Positions 28,879 through 38,648 of a stretch of DNA of 64,000 nt are shown piece after piece. The translations under genes and the position numbers were made by a program. Location of the stretch: contig CAWANJ010000007.1 of the NCBI GenBank assembly GCA_963783385.1, positions 192,001 through 256,000 on the forward strand. Reading direction: 5' to 3'. Source of the DNA: an uncultured Gemmatimonadales bacterium. GTDB lineage: Bacteria; Gemmatimonadota; Gemmatimonadetes; Palauibacterales; Palauibacteraceae. Numbering within the stretch: position 1 is the stretch's first letter; every line of letters starts with the position of its first letter. The notes under the pieces are model-generated. The model had not been told where the DNA came from and searched no databases. It worked only from the letters and a program-made list of their open reading frames with translations.

Positions 28879-29973
28879 GTGAGTCCAGGACAGCCCAGCG
28901 CCCGCATCGCGGGTACGGGGAGCTTCCTCCCCCCCAATCGGGTCGACAACAGGACCCTGTTCGAGCATCCCGGGATTCGAGAGAACTTCGACGTCGAGCG
29001 GGCGCGGGGTGCCCTGAAGGACGTGGATGCCGCCGCCCTGGATCCGGTCGAGGTGTTCGACCTGTGGGCTCGCCAGGTGACGGGCATCGAGGAGCGCCGG
29101 GTTCTGACGGAGGGTGACGGCCTCACCACCGAGCTCATGTGCGCCGAAGCGGGGCGCCGGGCCCTGGCGGCGGCCGGTATGGAGGCGGAGGAGCTGGACC
29201 TGGTCCTGGCCGCCTCGCTCACGGGCAGCCGGCAGGTCCCCAACGTCTCGTGCACGGTGGCCGCCGAGCTCGGCGCCCCCACCGTCGGGGGCTTCGTGCT
29301 CAACGCCGCCTGCGCCGGGTTCGTGTACGTGCTGGGGACGGCCTACGCGCACATTCGCGCCGGCACCGCCCGCAACGTCCTGGTCGTGGTCGGCGACGCC
29401 CTCTCCAAGATCACCGACTTCACGGATCCCAAGACGGCCGTTCTGTTCGCTGACGGAGCCGGGGCCGCCGTGCTCACGCGGTGCCCGGACGGGGAGGGGA
29501 TCCTCGGAGCCCCCTACGTGGAGGCGGACTACTCTTACGACGATCTCCACCTTCACGGGCAGGGCTGGGAGAGCCCCGACGAGCCCGAGGCCAAACTGCA
29601 CATGGGGGGCGGGCCGCAGGTGCTTCGTCAGGCCATCCAGGCCATGAAGCGCGTCGCCGACCGGGCCCTGGAGCGCACCGACCTGGGCTGGGACGACATC
29701 GACTACGTGGTTCCCCACCAGGCCAATCTGCGCATCACGCTCGGGCTGGCGAGGCACCTGCCGCTCGAGGAGGAGCGCGTCGTGCACACGATCCAGAAGT
29801 ATGGCAACCTGTCCGCTTCCACGGTGGCGGTGACGCTGGACGAGGTGCTCCGCGGGCGCCACGGCGCGCTCCCGAATCCGACGAACCTCGTGCTCACGGC
29901 CGTCGGAGGGGGGTACACGAGCTCCGGACTGGTCGTCTCCTGGCGTCCCCCGGGCGAGGGAGCGGAGGGCTAG
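28879..29973 (+). CDS. fabH: 3-oxoacyl-ACP synthase III (KAS III) family protein
   Basis: GTGSFLP, TGIEERR, catalytic NAACAGF, VLFADGAGA, PHQANLRI, YGNLSAST, VGGG. Confidence 0.88.
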   Translation: MSPGQPSARIAGTGSFLPPNRVDNRTLFEHPGIRENFDVERARGALKDVDAAALDPVEVFDLWARQVTGIEERRVLTEGDGLTTELMCAEAGRRALAAAGMEAEELDLVLAASLTGSRQVPNVSCTVAAELGAPTVGGFVLNAACAGFVYVLGTAYAHIRAGTARNVLVVVGDALSKITDFTDPKTAVLFADGAGAAVLTRCPDGEGILGAPYVEADYSYDDLHLHGQGWESPDEPEAKLHMGGGPQVLRQAIQAMKRVADRALERTDLGWDDIDYVVPHQANLRITLGLARHLPLEEERVVHTIQKYGNLSASTVAVTLDEVLRGRHGALPNPTNLVLTAVGGGYTSSGLVVSWRPPGEGAEG

Positions 29974-31061
29974 AGGTCGGCCGCGGCCGTGAGCGAGAGG
30001 ATCTTGGGCAGGTAGCGGGCCGTCTCGCTCCACCGCCGTCCGTCGCGGCTGGTGAACAGCTGGCCGGTCGAGGTCCCGAAGTGCACGCCGCAGGGCTCCT
30101 CCCCGTCCGTGCACAGCGCCTCGCGCAGCACCGACACGTAGGCGTGCTCCTGGGGGAGCCCTGCCTCCCGCGCCGTCCATCGCCCGCCCGCGTCCTCCGT
30201 CTCGTACACGCGCAGCCGCCCGTCGCACACCGAGCGCATGTGGCTGCTCTCCTCGGGAATCACCCAGGCCCGGTCCGGGTCTCGCGGGTCGAGGCCGACC
30301 ACGTAGCCGAAGTCGCTGGGGAGCTCCCCGGTGATCTCGGTCCACGTGCCGCCCCGGTCGTCCGACCGGTAGGTGCCGCAGTGATTCTGCTGGTAGAGGC
30401 GATCGGGATGCGCCGGATGGAGCCGGAGGGCGTGCACGCACTGGCCGGCCACGGGAGGCGGCCCGGGCAGGAACTCGCTGCGCACGCCACCGTTGATGGC
30501 GGTCCAGGTCGCGCCGCCGTCGTCGGTCCGGTAGCAGCCACCCGCCGACAGGGCCACGTACACGCGCTGCGGCCGCTCCGGGTCGACCTGGATGGAGTGC
30601 AGGGCCAGCCCGCCCCGGGCCGGCTGCCACACGTCCCGGGTGGGGTGCCGGTCGAGGGAGCGGACCCAGTCCCAGGTGGCGCCGCCGTCCGTGCTCGTGA
30701 ACAGGCCGGCCGGCTGGGTGCCGGCCCACAGGCGATCGGGCTCCTCGGGGCCGCCGGGAGACAGGCTCCACACGGCTTTCACCGCGCGGTCGGCCTCCTC
30801 GGGGAAGGCGGGCCGTCCCGGCAGGGCCTCCCAGCTCCGCCCGCCGTCGCGCGTGACGTGGATGTGCGCCCCCCATACCGGGTGTCGGACGGCGGCCCAG
30901 CCGCGCCGTGGGTCGCGCGGGTCCAGAAGGGCGTGGTAGACCTCGAACCCGGCCAGGCACGGGCCTTCCAGCCGCCAGTCCCGCCGCCCCGGGCTCGAGA
31001 CCACCCGGAACAGCCCGCGGTGGGTCCCGACGAGCAGGACCACGGATCGGTCCGCGCTCAC
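29970..31061 (-). CDS. BNR/Asp-box beta-propeller protein (WD40/YVTN/BNR-like)
   Basis: Repeated S/T.DGG..W boxes; LYQQNHCG.YRSDD.G..W; LPSDFG. Start overlaps the moeA stop. Confidence 0.85.
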   Translation of the reverse strand: MSADRSVVLLVGTHRGLFRVVSSPGRRDWRLEGPCLAGFEVYHALLDPRDPRRGWAAVRHPVWGAHIHVTRDGGRSWEALPGRPAFPEEADRAVKAVWSLSPGGPEEPDRLWAGTQPAGLFTSTDGGATWDWVRSLDRHPTRDVWQPARGGLALHSIQVDPERPQRVYVALSAGGCYRTDDGGATWTAINGGVRSEFLPGPPPVAGQCVHALRLHPAHPDRLYQQNHCGTYRSDDRGGTWTEITGELPSDFGYVVGLDPRDPDRAWVIPEESSHMRSVCDGRLRVYETEDAGGRWTAREAGLPQEHAYVSVLREALCTDGEEPCGVHFGTSTGQLFTSRDGRRWSETARYLPKILSLTAAADL

Positions 31062-32353
31062 GCCGCTCCGGAGGCAAGCCGGGGCGCCCACGGATCGAGC
31101 GGGATGACCTCGACCCCTTCGCCCTCCTCGAGCGTCCCCGTCCCCTCGGGCATGACGAGCAGCGCATCGGCCCGGGCCATGGACGTCAGGAGTCCCGAAC
31201 CCTGCGGCCCCGTGAGCCTGGCCAGGGGAGGCTCCCCCGGGCGCTCGTCGAGCCGCACCCGGAAGAAGTAGGTCAGGTCCGGGCTCCCGCGGGCCGCCTC
31301 GCCGAGCACGGCCCGGCGCCGGCGCCGCTCGAGGCGTGCGTGCCCCGCCATGCGGCGGAGGGCGGGACGCACCAGGACCTCGAAGGTGACCAGGGCCGAG
31401 ACCGGGTTCCCGGGAAGCCCGAACACCGGACGGGCGCCCGGGAGGAGCCCGAACGCGAACGGGCTCCCCGGCCGGATCCGCACGCGCCACAACACCCTCA
31501 CCATGCCCATGTCCGCCAGCACCTGCCGCACGAGGTCGCGCTCTCCGACACTCACGCCCGCCGTGGTCACCAGGACGTCGCAGTCCGCGGCGGTCTCCAG
31601 CCGGGCCCGGATCGCCTCCGGCTCGTCTCGAGCGATGCCCAGCGGCACCGGGATGGCCCCGGCGGAGGCCACCTGCGCGGCCAGCGCCGGCCCATTGGAG
31701 TTGGCGATCTTGCGTCCGGCCCGCACCTCGTCGAACGCATCGGGATCGGCCAGCTCGTCGCCCGTGGCCAGGATGCCCACGCGGGGAGCGCGTCCGACCT
31801 CGACCTCCATGCGTCCCACGGTGGCCAGGACCCCGACCGCGCCCGAGCTCACTTCCTGGCCCCGCTCCAGCACGGTCTGGCCGCGCCGGAAGTCCTCTCC
31901 CGCGAGGCGAATGTTGCGGTCGGCGTCGTCGGCGCGCCGGATGGTCACCCGGCCTCCCCGCCCCCCGTCGGTGTGCTCCACGCGGATCACGCCCGTGGCG
32001 CCCTCGGGGACGGGAGCGCCCGTCATCACCCGCACGGCCGTGCCCGGTGCCAGGGGGCCCTCGGGAAAGGTGCCGGCGGGGACGTCGCCGCTGATCGGCA
32101 GGATGACCGGCGAGGCCTCGGCCGCCCCGGCCACGTCCTCCGCCCGTACGGCGAAGCCGTCCATGCCGCTGTTGTCCCACGGCGGCTGGTCGACGCCGGA
32201 GCGGATGTCCGCCGCGAGGGCGCGCCCGGCCGCTCGCTCCACGGGCACGATCTCGCTCCCCAGGGGTGGGGTCCGCTCCAGCACCCGGGCGAGCGCCTCC
32301 GGATAGGGGAGCCAGTCCGGGCGCTCCGCCTCCCCGTGGCCTGTCCCGCTCAC
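31058..32353 (-). CDS. moeA: Molybdopterin molybdotransferase MoeA
   Basis: PPWDNSGMDGFAV, VMTGAPVPEG, ATGDEL, GVSVGERD, FGLPGNPVS, QGSG.L.S. Confidence 0.95.
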   Translation of the reverse strand: MSGTGHGEAERPDWLPYPEALARVLERTPPLGSEIVPVERAAGRALAADIRSGVDQPPWDNSGMDGFAVRAEDVAGAAEASPVILPISGDVPAGTFPEGPLAPGTAVRVMTGAPVPEGATGVIRVEHTDGGRGGRVTIRRADDADRNIRLAGEDFRRGQTVLERGQEVSSGAVGVLATVGRMEVEVGRAPRVGILATGDELADPDAFDEVRAGRKIANSNGPALAAQVASAGAIPVPLGIARDEPEAIRARLETAADCDVLVTTAGVSVGERDLVRQVLADMGMVRVLWRVRIRPGSPFAFGLLPGARPVFGLPGNPVSALVTFEVLVRPALRRMAGHARLERRRRRAVLGEAARGSPDLTYFFRVRLDERPGEPPLARLTGPQGSGLLTSMARADALLVMPEGTGTLEEGEGVEVIPLDPWAPRLASGAA

Positions 32354-33921
32354 GGCGCCCCGCTCCCGGCGCTGTCGCGCACGGCCGGCCAGCCCGGCAC
32401 CACCGGCCGGCGGTAGAGGGCGAGCTGCTCGACCAGGAGGTCCCGGAGCTCCTCGGCGGCGTCCCCCGGAACGCCGTAGCCGTTCAGGAGGAGCGCGAAC
32501 ACGAGCGTCTCCCCGTCCCCGGCCGTGACGTACCCGGCCAGGCCGCGCACCGCGTCCAGCGAGCCCGTCTTGGCCCGCACCGCCTCGCGCGCGGGGACGC
32601 CCTCGAAGCGGCCGTGCAGGGTGCCCTCCTCCCGGGGCGCGGGCAGGGCGGAGCGGAACATCCCGAAGTCCCGTCGGCGCCACATGGTCCGCAGCAGCCG
32701 CACCAGGGCGTCCGGGGTGAGCTCGTCGTAGCGCGACAGCCCCGAGCCGTCGGTGAGCTCGTAGGAGGAGGGCTCAATGCCCCAGCCGGACAGCGTCTCC
32801 GACTCGATCCGCAGGCCCTCCTCGTCCGAGCCGGCCCGTCCCTCCACGGCGCCCAGCGTGCGCAGGAGCGACTCGGCCATGGCGTTGTCGCTCGGATGGA
32901 GCATCTCGGAGAGGACGGCGCCGAGCGAGTCCGAGCGCAGCGTGTCGGCCCATGCCGCCGAGGGTGGCCGCTCCCCGGCGCGCGGCTCGCGGAAGCTGCC
33001 GTCCACCCGGATTCCCGAGTCGGCGAGGACCGTGGCGAAGCGGGCGAGCAGGTAGCGGGTCGGCGGCGCCGTGGCCAGGTAGAGCGGCACCGAGTCCGCG
33101 TCGGCCGGCACCCAGCCCCGGAGGATGGCCCCCGACGGGGGCGTGCCGTCCGCCGGGAGGAAGCGCACGCGCGCGGTCGATCCCGGCGCCCCGGTTCGCA
33201 CCCGGACGACGAGGGGCAGGGTCGGTCCGGGATCGAGGAGCTCCAGCGTCGCCGAGTCCCCGGGCTGCGCGCCCGGCCGGAGGAGGGCGCGCACCCGGGC
33301 CGGGTGGAGCTCGAGGCCGCCGACCCCCGAGGCCCATCCGCCCACCAGGTCTCCCCACATCCAGCCCTCTCCCCAGCGCGGCGGCTCGAAGTACCGACCG
33401 TCGCCGACCACGTCCCCCCCGATCCGGCGCACGCCCGCGCCGCGCAGCCGTCCGGCCAGGCGACGCAGCCCCTCCTCGTCCAGGGACGGATCCCCACCGC
33501 CGACCAGCCACAGGTCGCCCGCCAGCCGGCCCCGGCGCGGCGCGGCCGCGGAGAGCATCCGGGTGGCCCACCGGTGCCCGGCGCCCAGGCGCGCCAACCC
33601 GACCGAGGCGGCCACCAGCTTGGTCGTGCTGGCCGTGGTGAAGCGCTTCTCGCCGTTCCGGCTGAACAGCGTCTCGCCCGTCTCAGCCACGCGCACGACC
33701 AGGCCCACGTGCGCGTGGATCAGGCCGGGCTCGGCCAGGAGAGAGCGAAGCCGGCGGGCCAGCCCGGCGCGGTCGAGGGGCGCGGGCGGCGTGGCCGCCG
33801 GGGGGCGGGAGGGGGCGGTCGTCTGCGCGGACGCGGGAGCGGCCGCCGCCAGCAGCAGGACGCCGAGGATCGTCGCCCGCCCGGGCGAGCGTCCCGGCCC
33901 GGACGTCAGAAGTACCGCCAC
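32350..33921 (-). CDS. dacB: D-Ala-D-Ala carboxypeptidase/endopeptidase PBP4 (peptidase S13)
   Basis: ASTTK (SxxK), GGGDPSL, SDN, DGSGLSR, AKTGSL; signal peptide. Start approximate. Confidence 0.9.
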   Translation of the reverse strand: MAVLLTSGPGRSPGRATILGVLLLAAAAPASAQTTAPSRPPAATPPAPLDRAGLARRLRSLLAEPGLIHAHVGLVVRVAETGETLFSRNGEKRFTTASTTKLVAASVGLARLGAGHRWATRMLSAAAPRRGRLAGDLWLVGGGDPSLDEEGLRRLAGRLRGAGVRRIGGDVVGDGRYFEPPRWGEGWMWGDLVGGWASGVGGLELHPARVRALLRPGAQPGDSATLELLDPGPTLPLVVRVRTGAPGSTARVRFLPADGTPPSGAILRGWVPADADSVPLYLATAPPTRYLLARFATVLADSGIRVDGSFREPRAGERPPSAAWADTLRSDSLGAVLSEMLHPSDNAMAESLLRTLGAVEGRAGSDEEGLRIESETLSGWGIEPSSYELTDGSGLSRYDELTPDALVRLLRTMWRRRDFGMFRSALPAPREEGTLHGRFEGVPAREAVRAKTGSLDAVRGLAGYVTAGDGETLVFALLLNGYGVPGDAAEELRDLLVEQLALYRRPVVPGWPAVRDSAGSGAP

Positions 33922-34661
33922 ACCGTGACGGTCAGCGCCAGGTTGTGGGTCCACTGCTTGTCCTGCGGCGCCGCCAGCCCGAGCTGATCGATCTGGTCGA
34001 GGACGCTCTGCTGGAAGAAGCCTGATGGCGCCTTGATGTGGAGGAGCTTGTCACGGGCCTCGAAGCTCACCGAGAAGCGTCCCCCGGGGATCCACTCGAA
34101 GCCCGCGCCCGCCTCGAGGACCGGCATGGTCCCGAGGCCGTAGCGGAACGGCGCGTCCGCGGTGGCGGACAGGGCGGGACTCAGGGGCTGGTCGAAGCCG
34201 CGCAGGAGGCCGCCCTCGAGAAGGACGAAGGGCTGGAGCCGGTGCCAGGTGCGCTGTCCGGTCAGGGCGAACTGGAGGCCGGCCTCGATCGAGGCCCAGC
34301 GGGTGGTGGTGGTGTCCACGACGCCGGGCCCGTTCGCCAGTCGGGGGTCGATGACCAGGAGGTCCGATCGCCCGTATGCGGCCTGGACCTCCACGCTCAG
34401 CGGGTTGCTGAGCCGGGCCCGGAAGATCAATCCTCCGTACGGTGTGGAGCCCGGGCCGAGGCGGTCCGTTCCGCGGCCGGTGTCGAGCCAGCCCCCGAAC
34501 GCGCCGAGCCGCAGGGCCCGGCCCACCCAGCGATACGCGCTGGTGATGTGCGGGGCGTTCGTCGCCGGGACCTGCTGTCCGGCGACCGGCGAGGCGGCCA
34601 GCAGCCCCAGCCCGAAGGCCAGTCCCAGTACCGGGATGTATGTGCCCGCCTTCCTCCCCAC
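33906..34661 (-). CDS. Putative outer-membrane beta-barrel protein
   Basis: Signal peptide, amphipathic beta strands, C-terminal aromatic signature VWRYF. Confidence 0.65.
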   Translation of the reverse strand: MGRKAGTYIPVLGLAFGLGLLAASPVAGQQVPATNAPHITSAYRWVGRALRLGAFGGWLDTGRGTDRLGPGSTPYGGLIFRARLSNPLSVEVQAAYGRSDLLVIDPRLANGPGVVDTTTTRWASIEAGLQFALTGQRTWHRLQPFVLLEGGLLRGFDQPLSPALSATADAPFRYGLGTMPVLEAGAGFEWIPGGRFSVSFEARDKLLHIKAPSGFFQQSVLDQIDQLGLAAPQDKQWTHNLALTVTVWRYF

Positions 34662-34880
34662 ACCGTCCTCCGATTCGCGTCCGTGTGCGCCTGGTGGTGC
34701 TCGTGGCCGTACCCGCGGCCCGACCCGGCGAGCGGCCGGGCTCGTCCCGGCCGCGATTGCCGGCGTCCGAAGCGGTTTCTATACTCGAAGAGCCCGCGAG
34801 GTCCGGGATGAGCCCCGGGCCACGAGCCGGGGCGGGACGACCGGTCCGCCAATGTAGGAGCGCCGCCCCGCCGCATCCAA

Positions 34881-35966
34881 ATGGAGGTCGCCGTACTGCC
34901 ACACCGTTCCGTCCTTCGACGCGCCGCCACCCCCGTCCTCGTGGGCCTCGCCCTGGCGGCGGGCACGCTCGGGGCGCGCGCCCAGACGGCCCGCGTCTCG
35001 GTCGATCGGGAGAACCTCCGCCAGGCGCCGCAGGGGAAGGTGCTGGCGCAGGTGAACCAGGGCACGGACCTGGCCATCGTCGGTCGGCAGGGACAGTGGC
35101 GACAGGTGGTTCTGTCCGGCTGGATCTGGGGACCCTCGGTGTCCTCGGTGAACCGCGATGGCTTCGACCTGGTCGTGTCGGCGGCCGGCGGCGAGAACCT
35201 GCGGGCGCAGCCCGACGCCGGAGCCAATGTGGACGCCCGCCTGCTGCGGGGCTTCCTCCTGGAGAAGACGGGGGAGCAGGGCAGCTGGGTGCACGTGCGC
35301 CGCACGGCGTGGATGTGGGGCCCCTCCCTGGCCGGGTCGTCCACCCCCGGAGGGAGCTCCGGGGGAAGCCCGAGCGGGGGCGGTGGCTCCGGGGGAGCCG
35401 GCGCCGGTGAGGCCGGGGGCTCGGCGGGCGGCGCGCGTCCGGCGGCGGGAAGCAACCAGCTCCCCGACCACGTGGTGGTGAAGGGCGCCCCGGCCCGCCT
35501 GTTCGTGTCCCCGCAGGGCGACACGCTGGCCGTGGCCCGGCCCGGCGCCGACCTGCAGGTGCTCGAGCACCGGGGCGAGTGGAGCCGGGTGCGGCTGGAA
35601 GGTTGGGTCCGCAACTCCGAGCTCCTCCCCGCCGACTCGGCCGCCGCCAGCGCCGGGCTCACGCCGTCCGACCTGCGGACGAACCCGGACCAGTACGTGG
35701 GCCGGGTGGTGCGCTGGAACGTGCAGTTCATCTCGCTCGAGAAGGCGGAGGCGGTGCGGACGGACTTCTACGAGGGGGAGCCGTTCATTCTGGCCCGCTC
35801 GCCCGGTCCCTCCGAGAGCTTCGTGTACCTGGCGGTGCCGCCCGAGCTCCTCCAGCAGGTCGGGGCGCTGCGCCCCCTCCAGTCCATCCAGGTGGTGGCC
35901 CGGGTGCGGACCGGGCGCTCGGCCCTCATGGGCGCCCCGGTCCTGAATCTCCTGGAGATCCACTAG
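34881..35966 (+). CDS. Secreted protein with repeated SH3b-like domains and C-terminal OB-fold-like domain
   Basis: Repeats ENLRQAP/ENLRAQP...G.W..V...GW; Gly-rich linker; DLRTNPDQYVGRVVRW. Confidence 0.7.
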   Translation: MEVAVLPHRSVLRRAATPVLVGLALAAGTLGARAQTARVSVDRENLRQAPQGKVLAQVNQGTDLAIVGRQGQWRQVVLSGWIWGPSVSSVNRDGFDLVVSAAGGENLRAQPDAGANVDARLLRGFLLEKTGEQGSWVHVRRTAWMWGPSLAGSSTPGGSSGGSPSGGGGSGGAGAGEAGGSAGGARPAAGSNQLPDHVVVKGAPARLFVSPQGDTLAVARPGADLQVLEHRGEWSRVRLEGWVRNSELLPADSAAASAGLTPSDLRTNPDQYVGRVVRWNVQFISLEKAEAVRTDFYEGEPFILARSPGPSESFVYLAVPPELLQQVGALRPLQSIQVVARVRTGRSALMGAPVLNLLEIH

Positions 35967-36000
35967 CCTGCTTGCCGCCCCTCCTCCGGGGATGCTATGC

Positions 36001-36032
36001 TTCGGTGTCACTTTCGGTTTTTGTTCGGTATG
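36001..36032 (+). promoter_or_regulatory. TTCGG direct-repeat operator candidate upstream of imuA
   Basis: TTCGGT at 36001, 36013 and 36024. ctttcggtttttgttcggtatg (36011-36032) matches 41588-41609 at 20/22. Confidence 0.65.
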
Positions 36033-36091
36033 ACCGCCGGGAGGCCCGCCCGTCCTCCGGAGCGGCGATCCCGGCGGCGGCAGGAGGTCGT

Positions 36092-36853
36092 ATGGCCGAT
36101 CCCGCGGTCCTGCGGGAGCTGGAGAGGAAGCTCGAGGAGATCGGTTCCGCCGGGGTCCGTCCGGCCGACGTCCGGCCGACGGTGTCCACCGGCGTGCCAC
36201 TCCTGGACGCCGTCCTCCCGCGCGGCGGACTTCCCCGGGGCGAGCCCGTGGAGTGGCTGGGTCCGCGCTCGTGCGGAAAGACGGCCCTGCTGCGCAGCGT
36301 CCTCCTCCGGCTGAGGGAGGAGGGCGAGCCCGTGGCGATCGTGGACGCGGGCCGGACCCTGTTCTCCCCCGACTGGCTCGAAGCCGAGACGGGGGAGGGG
36401 GCGTTCTGGGTCGTGCGTCCCCCATCGCAGGAAGAGGCCGCCTGGTGCTCCGACCTCCTGCTCAGGAGCGGGAGCTTCGGCGCCGTGGCCCTCCTCCTGG
36501 GGGATGAGCCGGGAGAGGCGTCCTCCTCCGGCTCGCCGGGAAGGACGGGGCCGGGGTTGCGCCGGAGCGTCTCGGTACGGCTCCAGCGGCTGGCCGAGGA
36601 GGCGGGGACGGTCTTCGTGGTGGGGGGCGCCTCGCCCCTGGCGGCCCTCCGCCTCCGCTTCCGGCCCGGACGGGTGGAGCCGGTGACCGGCGTCCCCTTC
36701 GCCCCCTTCCTCCCCACGATCCGGCCGGTCTGGGTCCGGGTGGAGTGGGGACGGTCGGCGGAAATCCCGGTGCTGTGTCCCGAGCCGGGTGGAGGCCGAC
36801 CCCGGCGCCCCGGGGAAGGCGGGGCGATCCGGGACCGCAAGGGACGCCGGTGA
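36092..36853 (+). CDS. imuA: ImuA-like RecA/SulA-fold protein
   Basis: AGGAGG RBS; VSTGVPLLDAVLPRGGLPRG..VEW.G..SCGKT; LLRSGSFG; RLQRLAEE. Upstream of imuB. Confidence 0.8.
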   Translation: MADPAVLRELERKLEEIGSAGVRPADVRPTVSTGVPLLDAVLPRGGLPRGEPVEWLGPRSCGKTALLRSVLLRLREEGEPVAIVDAGRTLFSPDWLEAETGEGAFWVVRPPSQEEAAWCSDLLLRSGSFGAVALLLGDEPGEASSSGSPGRTGPGLRRSVSVRLQRLAEEAGTVFVVGGASPLAALRLRFRPGRVEPVTGVPFAPFLPTIRPVWVRVEWGRSAEIPVLCPEPGGGRPRRPGEGGAIRDRKGRR

Positions 36854-36856
36854 GCC

Positions 36857-38347
36857 GTGGGCCGGGTCGCCTCGGTCCGCATCGCGGACCTCCCGCGGGG
36901 GCGAGCCGGGGGCGCGTCTCCCCGGGATGACGGAGAGGGCCCGCCGGCCCGCCGGCTGGCCGTGTCCCTCCTGGCGGCCTCGCCGCGGGTGATGGTGGCC
37001 GGCCCCGGCCTGTGCCGGGTGGACGCGCGCGGCTGGGAGCGCCGGGGCGGGGAAGTCGCCTTCGCCCGGGCCCTGCACGCGGCGTCCCGGGGGGAGCGCG
37101 TGCGCGTCGGCGTGGGGATCGCGGACGGGACGGTGGCGTCGGATGCGGCCGCCACCCTGGCCGCGGAGGGCGCGCCTTCCGCGCGGGCCGCCGTCCCGTC
37201 CGCGACCGGGACCGCCGCCGTCGGGTCCGGACCGGAGCCACCCCGGACCCGGATCGTGGCCCCCGGGGGGTGCCGGGCGTTCCTGTCCGATCTCCCGCTG
37301 TCCCTCCTGGGCCTCCCGGAGGAAATGACCGAGACCCTCCGGGTCCTGGGCTTCCGGACGGCGGGCGAGCTGGCCGCGCGGAACCGCGCGGAGCTCGAGA
37401 CTCGCTTCGGTCCGGCCGGGGTGCTGGCGCACCGGCGGGCTTCGGGGGAGGGGGACGAGCCCTTCCGACCACTGGCCGCCGAGGACCTCCCCGGGGCTTC
37501 CGTGGAGCTCGAGGCGGGCGTCCGGGAGGTGGAGCCCCTCCTGTTCGTCCTCGGTCCTCTCCTGGACAGCCTGTGCGAGGAGGTGGGCCGGACGGGATGG
37601 TCCATACGGCGACTCCTCCTCCGCCTGGAGGTGGAGGGCGGGGGCCACGGGGAGGTCTCCGTGCGTCCGGCTCGCCCCACCCTCCGGCGGGACCTCCTCC
37701 ACGAGCTGTGCCGTGCGGGCCTGGAGCGGGCCGCGGCGGCGCGGGACGGGGGAGAGGGGCGGCTCCCGGCTCCCGTCGTGGGGCTCTCCGTTCTGGCGGT
37801 CGTCCGATCGGCCCCGGCGGTGCGCCAGGAGGAGCTGTTCCGGGCCCGGAGCCGGGATCCGGTCCCGGCCACGGCGGCGCTCTCCCGCATCCGGGCCCGG
37901 CTGGGCGAGGACGCGGTGGTGGCTCCTCTCCCCCGTCCGCACCATCGACCCGAGCGACGCAACGGGTGGCGACCCGTCTCCCCACCCGGGGAGGAGCCCT
38001 CGAGCGGCGGGACGGTCGAGGACGGGCGCGCCGGGCCCGGACGCCCGGAGGCGGCTTCCTCCCCGGGGGAGAGCTCCGTGGCGGGCGTCCTGCGCCTCCT
38101 CCCCGAGCCCCGGCCCGTGGACGTGCGGTGGGAGGGTGGGAGGCCCGTGGCCGCCTGGGATGGGGAGGGAAGACACGAGATCGTGACGGCGGAGGGTCCG
38201 GAGCGTCTCTCGGGTGAGTGGTGGGAAGATCCTTACCGCCGCGAGTATTACCGTGCCTGCACGGCGGACGGGGAACTCCTGTGGCTGTTTCGTGAATACC
38301 GTTCCGATGGCGCATGGCACTGGTGGCTGCACGGGTGGTGGGACTGA
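36857..38347 (+). CDS. imuB: ImuB-like inactive Y-family polymerase
   Basis: FLSDLPLSLL, LG.RT.GELA, LETRFG, LRARLGEDAV, GPERLSGEWW, REYY, C-terminal W.LHGWWD. Confidence 0.82.
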   Translation: MGRVASVRIADLPRGRAGGASPRDDGEGPPARRLAVSLLAASPRVMVAGPGLCRVDARGWERRGGEVAFARALHAASRGERVRVGVGIADGTVASDAAATLAAEGAPSARAAVPSATGTAAVGSGPEPPRTRIVAPGGCRAFLSDLPLSLLGLPEEMTETLRVLGFRTAGELAARNRAELETRFGPAGVLAHRRASGEGDEPFRPLAAEDLPGASVELEAGVREVEPLLFVLGPLLDSLCEEVGRTGWSIRRLLLRLEVEGGGHGEVSVRPARPTLRRDLLHELCRAGLERAAAARDGGEGRLPAPVVGLSVLAVVRSAPAVRQEELFRARSRDPVPATAALSRIRARLGEDAVVAPLPRPHHRPERRNGWRPVSPPGEEPSSGGTVEDGRAGPGRPEAASSPGESSVAGVLRLLPEPRPVDVRWEGGRPVAAWDGEGRHEIVTAEGPERLSGEWWEDPYRREYYRACTADGELLWLFREYRSDGAWHWWLHGWWD

Positions 38348-38648
38348 CGGGGTGCCCACGGCGTGCGCCCGCCAGCGGGGTGCGATTCCCCGGGAGCGTG
38401 GCTACATTGGTCGGTCGAACAGGGGTAGGGTAGTGCCGCAGGCGCACGTGCCCGGCCCGCCCCGTCGGTCGTCCGCGAGGGCGCCGATACGAGGGCGACC
38501 TTCGACCGACGCACCGGGACACGACTTCCGATGACCCCGACCTCACCTCTACAGGGCGATGGCCGCCGCCGGACGGCGCTCGGACCGGACCGGACTTCCG
38601 GCCCGCGGCGTCCGCGCGCGCATGCCGGGCGGCGGGGAAGAGGCTAGA

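Noticed and set aside
35997-36314. Short ORF / leader peptide using the ATG at 36030 within the operator motif
   Set aside because: Out of frame with imuA, low-complexity product and no RBS; it cannot be supported from sequence alone.
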